This document shows, in pieces, positions 9,535 to 18,239 of a stretch of 58,313 nucleotides of DNA. A program made the translations under genes and the position numbers. This stretch comes from Candidatus Limnocylindrales bacterium (GTDB taxonomy: Bacteria; Chloroflexota; Limnocylindria; Limnocylindrales; CSP1-4), in assembly GCA_038251965.1 (NCBI GenBank), contig JBBSAV010000005.1, positions 1 through 58,313 of the forward strand, read 5' to 3'. The notes below the pieces were generated by a model, which worked only from the letters and a program-made list of their open reading frames with translations, was not told where the DNA came from and ran no database searches. Numbering within the stretch: the first letter of the stretch is position 1; each line of letters opens with the position of its first letter.

Positions 9535-10068
9535 TCAGGCGGAGATGGTCACGTCTCGCAGATCGACCGCACCCACCATGCCCTTCTCGATGTGGCCGGG
9601 GATGTGGCAGAGGATGGCCAGGTATTCGTCGCTGGGCACGTGGTAGTCGACGGTGGCCTGCTCGCCCGATCGGAGGAACACACGCAAGCCGCCGGTGCCA
9701 GGCGGCACGCTGGCCGGCGGCGCGGTGGCCAGCAGGTTCGGCGGCGTGGCGGCGGCATCAGCCTGGTGCCAGACCTTTTGCACCTCGGCATCACCGATGA
9801 CGAAGTCGTGCACTTCCAGCCCGGCGTTGAAGATCGTGAAGCGTACGGTCTCGCCAGGCACCAGCACGACCGGCGTGGGATCGAAGCGGTAGTCGCGCAT
9901 GATGACGGTCACATCTCGCGGAGCGTCGGCCGTGCCGGGCCGCGTGATCTCCACCGCAGGCGGCGGCTCGCCGGGACGCTGCATGCCGATGAACACCAGC
10001 GTGATCGCCACCACCGCGAAGACGATGACGACCACGACCGGAGCTCGTGAGATGGAGGCGTTCTGCAC
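9535..10068 (-). CDS. Membrane-anchored cupredoxin-domain protein
   Basis: N-terminal TM; HDFVIG and CHIPGHIEKGM copper ligand motifs. Confidence 0.85.
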   Translation of the reverse strand: MQNASISRAPVVVVIVFAVVAITLVFIGMQRPGEPPPAVEITRPGTADAPRDVTVIMRDYRFDPTPVVLVPGETVRFTIFNAGLEVHDFVIGDAEVQKVWHQADAAATPPNLLATAPPASVPPGTGGLRVFLRSGEQATVDYHVPSDEYLAILCHIPGHIEKGMVGAVDLRDVTISA

Positions 10069-10143
10069 GCTCCGAAGCGTAGACGAGCTTGGGGCGAGAG
10101 GCCGGAAACGCCTGACCGGCCAGGTCGTGCCGTATGCCGGTCG

Positions 10144-10314
10144 CTACCAGCGGAAGGGCGCCATCACGACCGTCCCCTGGGCAGGCAGCACGATACCGGC
10201 CACCACGACCGCGATAAGGAAGACCGTGAACGCGAGCGACGCTGCAAGGAGCACGGTCCCCCGTCCTCCAAGCCGTGTCATGAAGGAGTTGCCGAGTGCT
10301 GCTGCTGAGTCCAT
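10144..10314 (-). CDS. Small single-TM hypothetical protein (start could be 10281, 10314 or 10323)
   Basis: Manual translation MDSAAALGNSFMTRLGGRGTVLLAASLAFTVFLIAVVVAGIVLPAQGTVVMAPFRW; below the ORF-track cutoff. Confidence 0.5.
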   Translation of the reverse strand: MDSAAALGNSFMTRLGGRGTVLLAASLAFTVFLIAVVVAGIVLPAQGTVVMAPFRW

Positions 10315-10448
10315 GCCGTCCATCCCTTGCGCTGCGTGGCGGATCGATGGAGCAAGGCTAGGGACGGGTCCTTACGCGACCGTCGCCAGGGACTTAACCG
10401 ACACTTACCTGGCTGTGGAGAGCGCAGGCAACCCGACAGGCAAACCAA

Positions 10449-10476
10449 GAGGCGCCCCTCAGCGAGAAGGCGCCTC
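10449..10476 (-). terminator. Intrinsic terminator of the zinc-ribbon gene
   Basis: GAGGCGCC stem followed by TTGGTTT on the - strand. Confidence 0.6.
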
Positions 10477-10516
10477 GATGGCGTTGCGTTGATGCGACCC
10501 GTGTCGCCGGGCTTAC

Positions 10517-10897
10517 CTAGCGGCGAGCGCGGAAGCAGTCGTTGCAGTACACCGGACGGCTGCCGGTGGGCTGGAACGGCACCTGTGCGACCTTGCCGCA
10601 ATCGGCGCAGGTGGCATCGTAGAGCTGACGGGGCGGACGGTCGTACCCACCACCACCTCCTCCGCCGTAGCCACCACCGCCACCGCCACCGCCGCCGCCA
10701 CTGCTGTAGCCGCCGCTGTAACTGTCATCGCCGTAGCCACCACCGGTGTTGCGCTGAGCCTTTCGGGACTGGCGGCAGGTCTTGCAACGCTTGGGTGCGT
10801 CGGTGAAGCCCTTCTCCGCATAGAACGCCTGCTCGGATGCGGTGAAGGTAAACTCCTGACCGCAGTCGGCACAGGTGATAGTCCTGTCCTCGTACAC
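10517..10897 (-). CDS. Zinc-ribbon / CxxC-x17-CxxC domain protein with Gly-rich linker
   Basis: CADCG..F.FTASEQ.FY..KGF..PKRCKTC and CADCG...VPF.P...RPVYCNDC; AGGAGG RBS. Confidence 0.9.
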   Translation of the reverse strand: MYEDRTITCADCGQEFTFTASEQAFYAEKGFTDAPKRCKTCRQSRKAQRNTGGGYGDDSYSGGYSSGGGGGGGGGGYGGGGGGGYDRPPRQLYDATCADCGKVAQVPFQPTGSRPVYCNDCFRARR

Positions 10898-11059
10898 GAA
10901 CGAACGAACCTCCTAGGTTCCTAGATGTGACCAGGGACGTTCGAGCGAGATACGGGACCACGAAGAGCGTTCCTGAGATTACCGATACGGACTATAGCGA
11001 CCGGATCGCCGCGACGCTAGCACTTTATCGTGCACCGGACCATGCGAATCCTTCACGGA

Positions 11060-11257
11060 CTACATCGATGGCTCGTAGTCCGGTGCGAGGAAGCGGTCAG
11101 GGTCCTCCTCGAAGTCGAGCCGGCAACCCTTGGCGCAAAAGTAGTAGGTGGTGCCATCGTGCTCTGCGGTGAGCTGGGCGTCCTTGACGACGACCTGCAT
11201 GCCGCAGACGGGATCGACGGCAACCTCAAGACCAGGGGGAGTGTCTGGATGGTTCAT
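11060..11257 (-). CDS. YHS domain protein
   Basis: DPVCGM...YYFCAKGC. Confidence 0.88.
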   Translation of the reverse strand: MNHPDTPPGLEVAVDPVCGMQVVVKDAQLTAEHDGTTYYFCAKGCRLDFEEDPDRFLAPDYEPSM

Positions 11258-11345
11258 GTCGACGAGTCTACGACGACGGCCGAATCGGCCCTCATGGCGA
11301 TGGCGGGATCGGCCCTGATCACGCATCCGCGCGTATCCTGCGCCT

Positions 11346-12083
11346 GTGACTGACAGACCCAAAGACCCCCGTTCACGGGAAGGGGACGACCGCAAGCTGC
11401 TGATGCAGCGGCCGTTCGCCGACCCCTCATTCCTCGAATCGGATGCCTGGCGCGCCCTACGCATCATGGGCGAGTTCATCGATGGCTTCGACGCACTGGC
11501 CCGCCTGGGCCCCGCCGTGAGCATCTTCGGCTCCGCCCGAACCAAGCCTGATGACCCCATGTACGCGCAGGCCGAAATGCTCGCGCGACGGCTGACCGAG
11601 CAGGGTTTCACGGTGATCACCGGCGGTGGACCGGGAATCATGACGGCCGCCAACAAGGGCGCCAAGGAGGCCGATGGCGTCTCGGTCGGCCTGGCCATCG
11701 ACCTGCCTCACGAAACAGGCCTCAACCCCTACGTGGACCTGCCGGCCTACTTCCGCTACTTCTTCGTCCGGAAGACCATGTTCGTCAAGTACGCCCAGGC
11801 CTTCGTCATCTTCCCCGGTGGCTTCGGCACCTTCGACGAGCTCTTCGAGTCTCTGACCCTGGTGCAGACCGGGAAGATCGACCACTTCCCCATCATCCTG
11901 TTCGACAGCGGCTATTGGGCCGGCTTGATCGACTGGCTTCGTGCCCAGGTGATCCCGCGGGGCAACGTCTCAGAGCCAGATCTGGACCTCTTTCAGGTCA
12001 GCGATGACATCGATGAGATCGTGCAGATCATCGCCGCGTCCTATCGCACGCGCGAGGCCAACGGCGCCGAGGCGGAAGCGTGA
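11346..12083 (+). CDS. LOG family nucleotide phosphoribohydrolase (TIGR00730-like)
   Basis: FGSART, TGGGPGIM, RKTMF, PGGFGTFDE. Confidence 0.92.
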   Translation: MTDRPKDPRSREGDDRKLLMQRPFADPSFLESDAWRALRIMGEFIDGFDALARLGPAVSIFGSARTKPDDPMYAQAEMLARRLTEQGFTVITGGGPGIMTAANKGAKEADGVSVGLAIDLPHETGLNPYVDLPAYFRYFFVRKTMFVKYAQAFVIFPGGFGTFDELFESLTLVQTGKIDHFPIILFDSGYWAGLIDWLRAQVIPRGNVSEPDLDLFQVSDDIDEIVQIIAASYRTREANGAEAEA

Positions 12084-12523
12084 TGCGCATCGCGGTCGGT
12101 ACCGACCACGCCGGCCTGCCCCTGAAGGAGCTGGTAGTGGACTGGCTCGCTGAGCATGGTTACGAGGTGGTCGACTTCGGTGTGAGCACGTCCGACCCGG
12201 TCGACTATCCCGACTACGTCGCGCCTGCGGCTCGGGCGGTCGCGACGGGCGACTGTCGTTTCGGGCTCGTCTTCGGCGGCAGTGGCACCGGCGAGCAGAT
12301 CGTGGCCAACAAGATCGACGGCATCCGCTGCTGCCAGGCCACGGAACCGGTAACCGCGGCACTCTCGCGACAACACAACGACGCCAACATGCTCGCGATG
12401 GGGGCGCGCATCGTGGGCGCGCAGTTGGCCATCGGTTGTGTGGAGGCATTCCTGTCGACTGGGTTCGAGGGTGGTCGCCATCTCGCGCGGGTCCGGAAGA
12501 TCATGGCCCTGGAGTCAGAGTAG
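12083..12523 (+). CDS. rpiB: Ribose-5-phosphate isomerase B
   Basis: DHAG, DYPD, GGSGTGE, ANK, RQHNDAN, FEGGRH. Confidence 0.93.
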   Translation: MRIAVGTDHAGLPLKELVVDWLAEHGYEVVDFGVSTSDPVDYPDYVAPAARAVATGDCRFGLVFGGSGTGEQIVANKIDGIRCCQATEPVTAALSRQHNDANMLAMGARIVGAQLAIGCVEAFLSTGFEGGRHLARVRKIMALESE

Positions 12524-12645
12524 GCCGACCGACCGACCCCGCCGAGCAGCCAAGCCGACCCGCCGGGCCCAAGTCAGCCGAGCAGCCGAGCCGCCAACCC
12601 GACCTGCCCGACCGAGCAGCCGAGCAGCCGACCACGACCGACCCC
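12524..12645. repeat. Low-complexity tandem repeats (ccgagcag / ccga)
   Basis: Repeated ccgagcagccga and ccgac units immediately after the rpiB stop. Confidence 0.7.
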
Positions 12646-12652
12646 AGGTCCC

Positions 12653-12819
12653 ACCCGCCCCACGGGTCAAGCGTCGGCACATGGCCTGGGCGCGCCTCGC
12701 ATTCCGCTGCGTCACCCGCTGGCTGGGTGAAACGACGGAGGCTCGGTCGTTTCACCCGTCTGGTGGGTGGATCGACGGAGCAGGCCCGCTAGGTCCGCCC
12801 GATGACCCGTGGCGTGGGT
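12653..12819. repeat. Four-site element: ACCC-N7-GGGT x4 (family shared with 52691-52859)
   Basis: Cores at 12653, 12714, 12754, 12805; 12712-12757 aligns without gaps to 52740-52785. Confidence 0.8.
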
Positions 12820-12958
12820 AACGTAGCGACGAGGATCGCGATCGACCGAGCGCCATCTCCCGAAGCGGGAACCAGCGGGTGAGGAGATCGCGGACCCTTG
12901 CGGGTCTGATCGCTTCCCGCAGCCTCGAGAGCCGCCATGACCTCATCGATCCCCAGAC

Positions 12959-13462
12959 TCACGATGGGGCGTCCGACTCCTGCAACTGCTCGGCGATGGA
13001 CTCCGCCCAGCTTGAGATCTCCGACCACGGCCGGAAGTCGCCTAGCTGGGCCCGGACGAGCGCCACCAGCGCCTTCTCGCTGATCCCCAGGTCGGAACCT
13101 TCGATCTTGCCGGCGAAGAGCCGGTGCCCCCTGGAGCCGATGCGCTTCACCACGCCCGCTACCTCGGCGGGGTTCTCGAGCGGCTTGGGCGGGTCACCGA
13201 TAGGGCCGCTGGAGAAGAGCCATACGCGGAGCCGTTTGAGTTCACCCTCGTGGATGTCCACGAACTCCCGCGCCGAGCGCATCCAGTGGCCGGCATACAC
13301 GCCGCTGCCCAGCACGACCGCGTCGTAGGGGCTGAGGGCGGTGACGTCCTCGATGCGCTTCAGGTCCGCTTCGAGGCCGCTCGAATGCAACGAGGCCTCG
13401 ATGACCTGGCCGATCTCCATGGTGGCGCCGTGCTTGGATGCCACCGCCACAAGGACCTTCAT
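12959..13462 (-). CDS. Flavodoxin-domain protein (HemG-like)
   Basis: ASKHGAT, YDAVVLGSGVY, WLFSSGP, GDFRPW. Confidence 0.85.
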   Translation of the reverse strand: MKVLVAVASKHGATMEIGQVIEASLHSSGLEADLKRIEDVTALSPYDAVVLGSGVYAGHWMRSAREFVDIHEGELKRLRVWLFSSGPIGDPPKPLENPAEVAGVVKRIGSRGHRLFAGKIEGSDLGISEKALVALVRAQLGDFRPWSEISSWAESIAEQLQESDAPS

Positions 13463-13604
13463 CACATGGGATCTCCGTTGCTGTGGGCGTAGTAGAACGA
13501 CGATGGCGGCTCGCGCACGACCGGGCTAGTGCCGAGGGTACTCTCCTGCGAGGGCGACACGGCGGTCGACGAGGGCGAGCGACCGCCGTCGGTCGACGCC
13601 GTCG

Positions 13605-14003
13605 CTAGCCGCGGATGATGCGCACCGCGGCTCGCAACACCACCAGGGCCATGACCGAATAGGCCAATACCAGGCCGGGGTCCTGCCACGGCCGCTTGAG
13701 CGGGACGAAGACCGACTTCTCAGCGGTGATCTCGATGTAGCCGATGGGGCGCGACAGAGCACCGCCACCGGCTCCCTCACCGCTCCCTGCTTCGTCCGAT
13801 CTGCCGCTGCCCGCGCCGGTGCCGATGATCGACTGCGCCACGGGGATGACGGTGCGGCCATCCTTCTCGACAGCCTCACCGAATGCGGCACGGACGCCGG
13901 CATTCATGCCCAGCCGCTCGAGCACCACCTGCAGCATGCGAGCAGTCCCGGACTCGGCAGCGTCCCGGGCTTCGCCCGATGCCTGGTCCTTGTCGTCTTT
14001 CAT
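13605..14003 (-). CDS. GerW/YtfJ-like protein
   Basis: FGEAV...VIPVA...GAGSG...GAGGG...PIGYIEI; AGGAGG RBS. Confidence 0.75.
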   Translation of the reverse strand: MKDDKDQASGEARDAAESGTARMLQVVLERLGMNAGVRAAFGEAVEKDGRTVIPVAQSIIGTGAGSGRSDEAGSGEGAGGGALSRPIGYIEITAEKSVFVPLKRPWQDPGLVLAYSVMALVVLRAAVRIIRG

Positions 14004-14083
14004 GAGCGGTGTCCTCCTGCTGATGGGCGCGTCCATGCCTCAACGTTCGATGGGCGATCGCCCGCAGCGCGTAGCATGACGGC

Positions 14084-14431
14084 ATGATCGATCCGCGCAA
14101 CCGCCCGGCCCTCCTCGGCTCACTCGCAGCCGGTGCGATCGCGTTCGTGGCCCTTTGGCTGCTGGGTCTCTCACCGCTCCTCGCCTGGGTCGTCGGCTGG
14201 ACGCTGCCGGCCTTCGCGATGTACGGCATCGACAAGCGGCAGGCACAGGCGGGCGGCTGGCGTATGCCAGAGGCGATCCTGCACGGCCTGGCACTCATCG
14301 GCGGTGTCATCGGCGCCTGGGCTGGCCGGGCCGTCTTCCACCACAAGACCCAGAAGCCCATCTTCACGCTCGTGCTGGTCGTCGCCAGCATCCTGTGGGG
14401 CGCTATCGCCATCTGGGCGCTGCTGCGCTGA
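14084..14431 (+). CDS. DUF1294 membrane protein
   Basis: YGIDKRQA...WRMPE..LH....GG..GA......HHKTQK. Confidence 0.88.
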   Translation: MIDPRNRPALLGSLAAGAIAFVALWLLGLSPLLAWVVGWTLPAFAMYGIDKRQAQAGGWRMPEAILHGLALIGGVIGAWAGRAVFHHKTQKPIFTLVLVVASILWGAIAIWALLR

Positions 14432-14450
14432 GAACTCGGCCCACCGGGTC

Positions 14451-14510
14451 GCAGCACCGTTCGTGGCAGCACCGTTCGTGGCAGCACCGCTCGTCGAAGC
14501 AGCACTGTTC
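14451..14510. repeat. 15-bp tandem repeat (gcagcaccgttcgtg) about x3.5
   Basis: Units at 14451, 14466, 14481 and a partial unit at 14499. Confidence 0.85.
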
Positions 14511-14534
14511 CAGTCGTCGGGGCACAATCCGATC

Positions 14535-15452
14535 ATGCTGACCTCTCATCGCGCCAGAGCGGCGCTTGTCATCGCCTGCCTCCTACTGCTCCTGCCCGCC
14601 GGCAGCCTCGCCCAGAAGCCCCTGACCGTCACCGACGTCGACGGCAACGCGGTGGCTATCGAGGACACCTCGCGCGTGGCCACCCTCGGTGGCGTATTCA
14701 CCGAGACCGCCTATGCCCTCGGTGCGCAGGACCAACTGGTCGCGGTCGACGCGTCGAGCTTCTACCCACCCGAGGCGCTCACCGACAAGCCCAACTTCGG
14801 TTACTACCGCTTCCTCTCGGCGGAGCCGGTGCTGGCACAGGACCCCAGCCTCATCATCGGCAACGAGGAGACCGGTCCGCCAGAGGTGGTGCAGCAGCTG
14901 CGCGATGCCGGCGTGCCCATCCTGCTGCTGCCGGACAACAACGACGTGCAGGCGGCGCGCGACCTCATCACCACGTTGGGTGAGATCTTCGAGCGCCAGA
15001 GCCAGGCGGCCGACCTGATCGAGCAGCTCGATGCCGACGTCGCTGTGGCCCAGGAGCTGGTGGCCCAGGCCACCGACTCCCCGCGGGTGCTGTTCATCCT
15101 GCAACCCCCGGAGGCACCGATGCTGGTGGCCGGTGCCGTCACCGCGGCCGGCTCCATGATCGAGCTCGCGGGTGGCACCAATGTCTACCCGGGGTTTCCC
15201 GCCTACATCCCCATGACCCCCGAGGGCATCGTGGAGACGGCGCCCGACGTCATCCTTACCACTACCCGCTCGGTCGAGCGCCTGGGGGGTTGGGACGCCT
15301 TCCTCGAGTATCCCGGCATCAGCCAGACACCCGCGGTCGCCAACGACCGGGTCGTGGCCATGGATGACCTCTACCTGATGGGCTTCGGCCCACGCACCGG
15401 CGCTGCCATCGCCGATCTGGCACGGCTGCTGCATCCGGAGCTGGCGTCGTAA
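14535..15452 (+). CDS. hmuT: Heme/iron-chelate ABC transporter substrate-binding protein
   Basis: Signal peptide; GYYRFLSAE heme-Tyr motif; GFGPRT. Confidence 0.8.
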   Translation: MLTSHRARAALVIACLLLLLPAGSLAQKPLTVTDVDGNAVAIEDTSRVATLGGVFTETAYALGAQDQLVAVDASSFYPPEALTDKPNFGYYRFLSAEPVLAQDPSLIIGNEETGPPEVVQQLRDAGVPILLLPDNNDVQAARDLITTLGEIFERQSQAADLIEQLDADVAVAQELVAQATDSPRVLFILQPPEAPMLVAGAVTAAGSMIELAGGTNVYPGFPAYIPMTPEGIVETAPDVILTTTRSVERLGGWDAFLEYPGISQTPAVANDRVVAMDDLYLMGFGPRTGAAIADLARLLHPELAS

Positions 15453-16507
15453 GCCGCTCGGGACTGCGGGGTCGCACGGGGGTCCGGCTGGTCATCCTGG
15501 CAACCATCCTCCTCGTGGTCGTCGTTGTGGCGATGGGGATCGGTGCCGTGGCCATCTCGCCGACTGAGGTCGTGGCCATCCTCGTAGGGCAGCTCGGCCT
15601 TGACTTGGGGCCCCACTACACCGAGCGCCAGGAGACCGTACTGACCGCCATCCGCGTCCCGCGCGTGCTGGCTACGGCACTGGTCGGTGCTGCTTGGGCG
15701 ACGGCCGGTGTCGCCATGCAGGGCCTCTACCGAACCCCGCTGGCCGATCCCGCACTGGTCGGCATCGGCGCCGGGGCAGCCCTGGGGGCCGCGCTGGGAA
15801 CCGCAGCCGCGGTGTCGCTGGGGGTGGTCGCGGCCTACGGAGGCACGCTCCTGATCATCGTCGCGGCCTTCGTGGCGGCCCTGGTGGCGGCGGCCCTCGT
15901 CTATCGGGTGGCCTCGTCGTCCGGTCGCGTCGTCGTGGCCACGATGCTGCTGGCAGGCATCGCCCTGTCGGCCCTCTTCGCGGCCGTGACCGCGCTGATC
16001 ATCGCAGGCGGTCGGACAGCGGAACTCGGGTCGGTCGCCTTCTGGACGCTAGGCGCGTTCGCCGGCATCGTCGGGCGCGACGTGGTCGTTTCGGCCCTCA
16101 TCGTCATCCCGACGGTGCTGCTACTGGCTCGCCTGGGCCCGCGGCTGGATGCCCTGGCGTTGGGTGAGTCGGAGGCGGGCCACCTCGGCCTCGACGTACC
16201 ACGATTGACCCTGACCGTCAGTGCCATCTTTGCGCTGCTGACAGCGGTGGCGGTGGCGACGGCCGGCGTCATCGCGTTCGTGGCGTTGATGGTGCCGAGC
16301 CTCATCCGGGGCTGGGTAGGGCAGTCGCACCGGACGGCCGTCGTCGGCTCGGCACTCCTGGGCGCGACACTGCTGGTCGTCGCCGATGTCCTCGCACGGC
16401 AGCTCTTCTCGCCGGTCGAGCTTCCGATCGGTGTCATCACCACCCTACTGGGGGCGCCCTTCTTCCTGTGGCTGCTGCTGCGCGACCGGGGGTTGCTGGC
16501 GCGATGA
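15449..16507 (+). CDS. hmuU: FecCD-family heme ABC permease (start uncertain; first canonical start 15515)
   Basis: RVPR, QGLYRTPLADP, LGESEAGHLG, ELPIGV...GAPFF. Confidence 0.85.
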   Translation, partial: VSRSGLRGRTGVRLVILATILLVVVVVAMGIGAVAISPTEVVAILVGQLGLDLGPHYTERQETVLTAIRVPRVLATALVGAAWATAGVAMQGLYRTPLADPALVGIGAGAALGAALGTAAAVSLGVVAAYGGTLLIIVAAFVAALVAAALVYRVASSSGRVVVATMLLAGIALSALFAAVTALIIAGGRTAELGSVAFWTLGAFAGIVGRDVVVSALIVIPTVLLLARLGPRLDALALGESEAGHLGLDVPRLTLTVSAIFALLTAVAVATAGVIAFVALMVPSLIRGWVGQSHRTAVVGSALLGATLLVVADVLARQLFSPVELPIGVITTLLGAPFFLWLLLRDRGLLAR

Positions 16508-17343
16508 CCTACGCGGCAAGCGGGATCTCCGTCTACATCGGCAAGGCCACCTTGCTCGACGATGTCTCGCTGGAAGTGCGCCCCGGCGAGATCGTGGCTG
16601 TGGCCGGGCCCAATGGTGCCGGCAAATCCACGCTCATCAGCGTCCTCGCAGGCGATCGCACACCATCGAGTGGGTCGGTGTCGCTGGAGGGTCGAGCTTT
16701 GGCCGACTGGCCTCGTGGCGAGCTGGCGCGACGGCGCGCTGTCATGAGCACCGATCACGCCGTAGCCTTCGCCTTCACGGCTCAGGAGGTGGCACTCATG
16801 GGCCGCATGCCCCTCCACGGCGGCGACCCTGACGACTCCGACCGCGAGGTCATCCGCGATCTGCTGACGGCCGTGGACTGCTCGTCGCTTGCCGATCGCG
16901 TCTACGCCACGCTCTCGACCGGCGAGCGGCAGCGTGTGCAGCTGGCGCGAGCGGTGGCGCAAGTGACCGATGCACCCGACGGGGAGGATCGCGCCGCCGA
17001 TACGCCCAGCCGCATCGAGTCGGCCGACCGATTCCTGCTCCTCGACGAGCCTACGTCGAGCCTTGACCCGGCGCACCAGCACACCGCCATGCGCCTCATC
17101 CGCCAGGCGGCCGATGCCGGTCGCGGCGTACTAGCGGTCCTGCACGACCTGAACTTGGCGGCTGCCTATGCCGATCGCGTCGTGCTCATGGCCAAGGCAC
17201 GCGTGGTGGCTTCGGGAACACCGGACGAGGTGCTTCGGGCGGACCTCCTCGAGTCGGTCTTCCACATCCCCATGCTGGTCATCCCGCACCCACAGCTGTC
17301 GCATCCTCTCGTCATCGCGGAGCCACACCAAGCCGCGCCGTAG
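16504..17343 (+). CDS. hmuV: Heme ABC transporter ATP-binding protein
   Basis: GPNGAGKS, LSTGERQRVQLAR, LDEPT, LHDLNLAA. Confidence 0.88.
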   Translation: MTYAASGISVYIGKATLLDDVSLEVRPGEIVAVAGPNGAGKSTLISVLAGDRTPSSGSVSLEGRALADWPRGELARRRAVMSTDHAVAFAFTAQEVALMGRMPLHGGDPDDSDREVIRDLLTAVDCSSLADRVYATLSTGERQRVQLARAVAQVTDAPDGEDRAADTPSRIESADRFLLLDEPTSSLDPAHQHTAMRLIRQAADAGRGVLAVLHDLNLAAAYADRVVLMAKARVVASGTPDEVLRADLLESVFHIPMLVIPHPQLSHPLVIAEPHQAAP

Positions 17344-17355
17344 CAGTGGGTGGCA

Positions 17356-17379
17356 ATGTATGTCATCATGTATGTCATG
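17356..17379 (+). promoter_or_regulatory. 12-bp direct repeat at the TA promoter/start, putative autorepression operator
   Basis: atgtatgtcatc atgtatgtcatg. Confidence 0.4.
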
Positions 17380-17595
17380 GAACGCACCACGGTCTACTTG
17401 ACTGCCTCGCAGCGGATCGCCCTCAAGGAGACCGCACGACGGAGACGGGTGAGTGAGGCTGAGCTGATCCGTGCGGGCGTGGACCTGGTCACCTCGGCCG
17501 AGCCTGAGCCACGCCCGCGCCTGCCGCTCTTCGAAAGCGGGGATGCGACCCTGGCGGATCGTGCTACTGAAGCGCTGGATGGCTTCGGCGAGTGA
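17377..17595 (+). CDS. CopG/RHH antitoxin (VapB-like)
   Basis: MERTTVYL...SEAELIR; GTGA overlap with the PIN gene. Confidence 0.85.
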   Translation: MERTTVYLTASQRIALKETARRRRVSEAELIRAGVDLVTSAEPEPRPRLPLFESGDATLADRATEALDGFGE

Positions 17596-18020
17596 TCGTC
17601 CTTGACACCAGCGGTCTGCTCGCAGCCATCGACGCCAGCCAACGCCTTCACGCAGCAGCCGCTGCTGCGCTTTCGGAGGCACGGCCGCCGTTGCTCCTGT
17701 CGCCCTTCGTGCTCGCGGAACTCGACTACCTGTTGGGTAAGTACGCTGGCTCACATGCGCAGGACGCACTGCTGGCTGAGGTCGAGCGCGGGGCGTACGC
17801 CCTCGAAGCCTTCACAGCCGCGGACGTGGCAGGGGCGCGGGAAGTCGCCGCTCGCTACGTTGACCTCGGGATCGGGCTGGCGGATGCCTCGATCGTCGTG
17901 ATCGCCGGTCGCTATGGCATCCACGACGTGCTCACGCTTGATGAGCGCCACTTCCGAGCCATCCAGGGACCCGCCGACAAGCCATTTCGACTCCTGCCGG
18001 CGGATGCCATGAACGCGTAG
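17592..18020 (+). CDS. PIN-domain toxin (VapC-like)
   Basis: LDTS, E, DASI, TLDERHF acidic tetrad. Confidence 0.9.
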   Translation: MIVLDTSGLLAAIDASQRLHAAAAAALSEARPPLLLSPFVLAELDYLLGKYAGSHAQDALLAEVERGAYALEAFTAADVAGAREVAARYVDLGIGLADASIVVIAGRYGIHDVLTLDERHFRAIQGPADKPFRLLPADAMNA

Positions 18021-18150
18021 ACCACGTGGCAAAGGCGAGACCTCCAAATGCTCGGCCGGGTCGGAAACGCGCGCATCTTGGCTGAGGTTGCCAAGTACGA
18101 TATCGTGTGTGTGAACTGCCATCGCGACCGCACGCACAGGCGGCGTAGGG
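18020..18150 (+). pseudogene. C-terminal relic of an HNH endonuclease
   Basis: DHV in one frame, then ILAEVAKYDIVCVNCHRDRT in another frame. Confidence 0.6.
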
Positions 18151-18163
18151 CGGGTTCCTCCGA

Positions 18164-18239
18164 GCGGGAGAAGCTCAGTTGGTCGAGCGCCAGCCTTCCA
18201 AGCTGGATGTCGCGGGTTCGAATCCCGTCTCCCGCTCCA
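18164..18239 (+). tRNA. tRNA-Gly (TCC), non-canonical at positions 8 and 21
   Basis: Full cloverleaf GCGGGAG/CTCCCGC, anticodon loop CTTCCAA, TTCGAAT T-loop, encoded CCA. Confidence 0.92.

Noticed and set aside
14133-14534. Long N-terminal extensions in the ORF track (also 18179, 20437, 29706, 44284, 50726, 52792)
   Set aside because: They overlap other genes, the tRNA or repeats; downstream starts have an RBS or -10 box and fit family lengths
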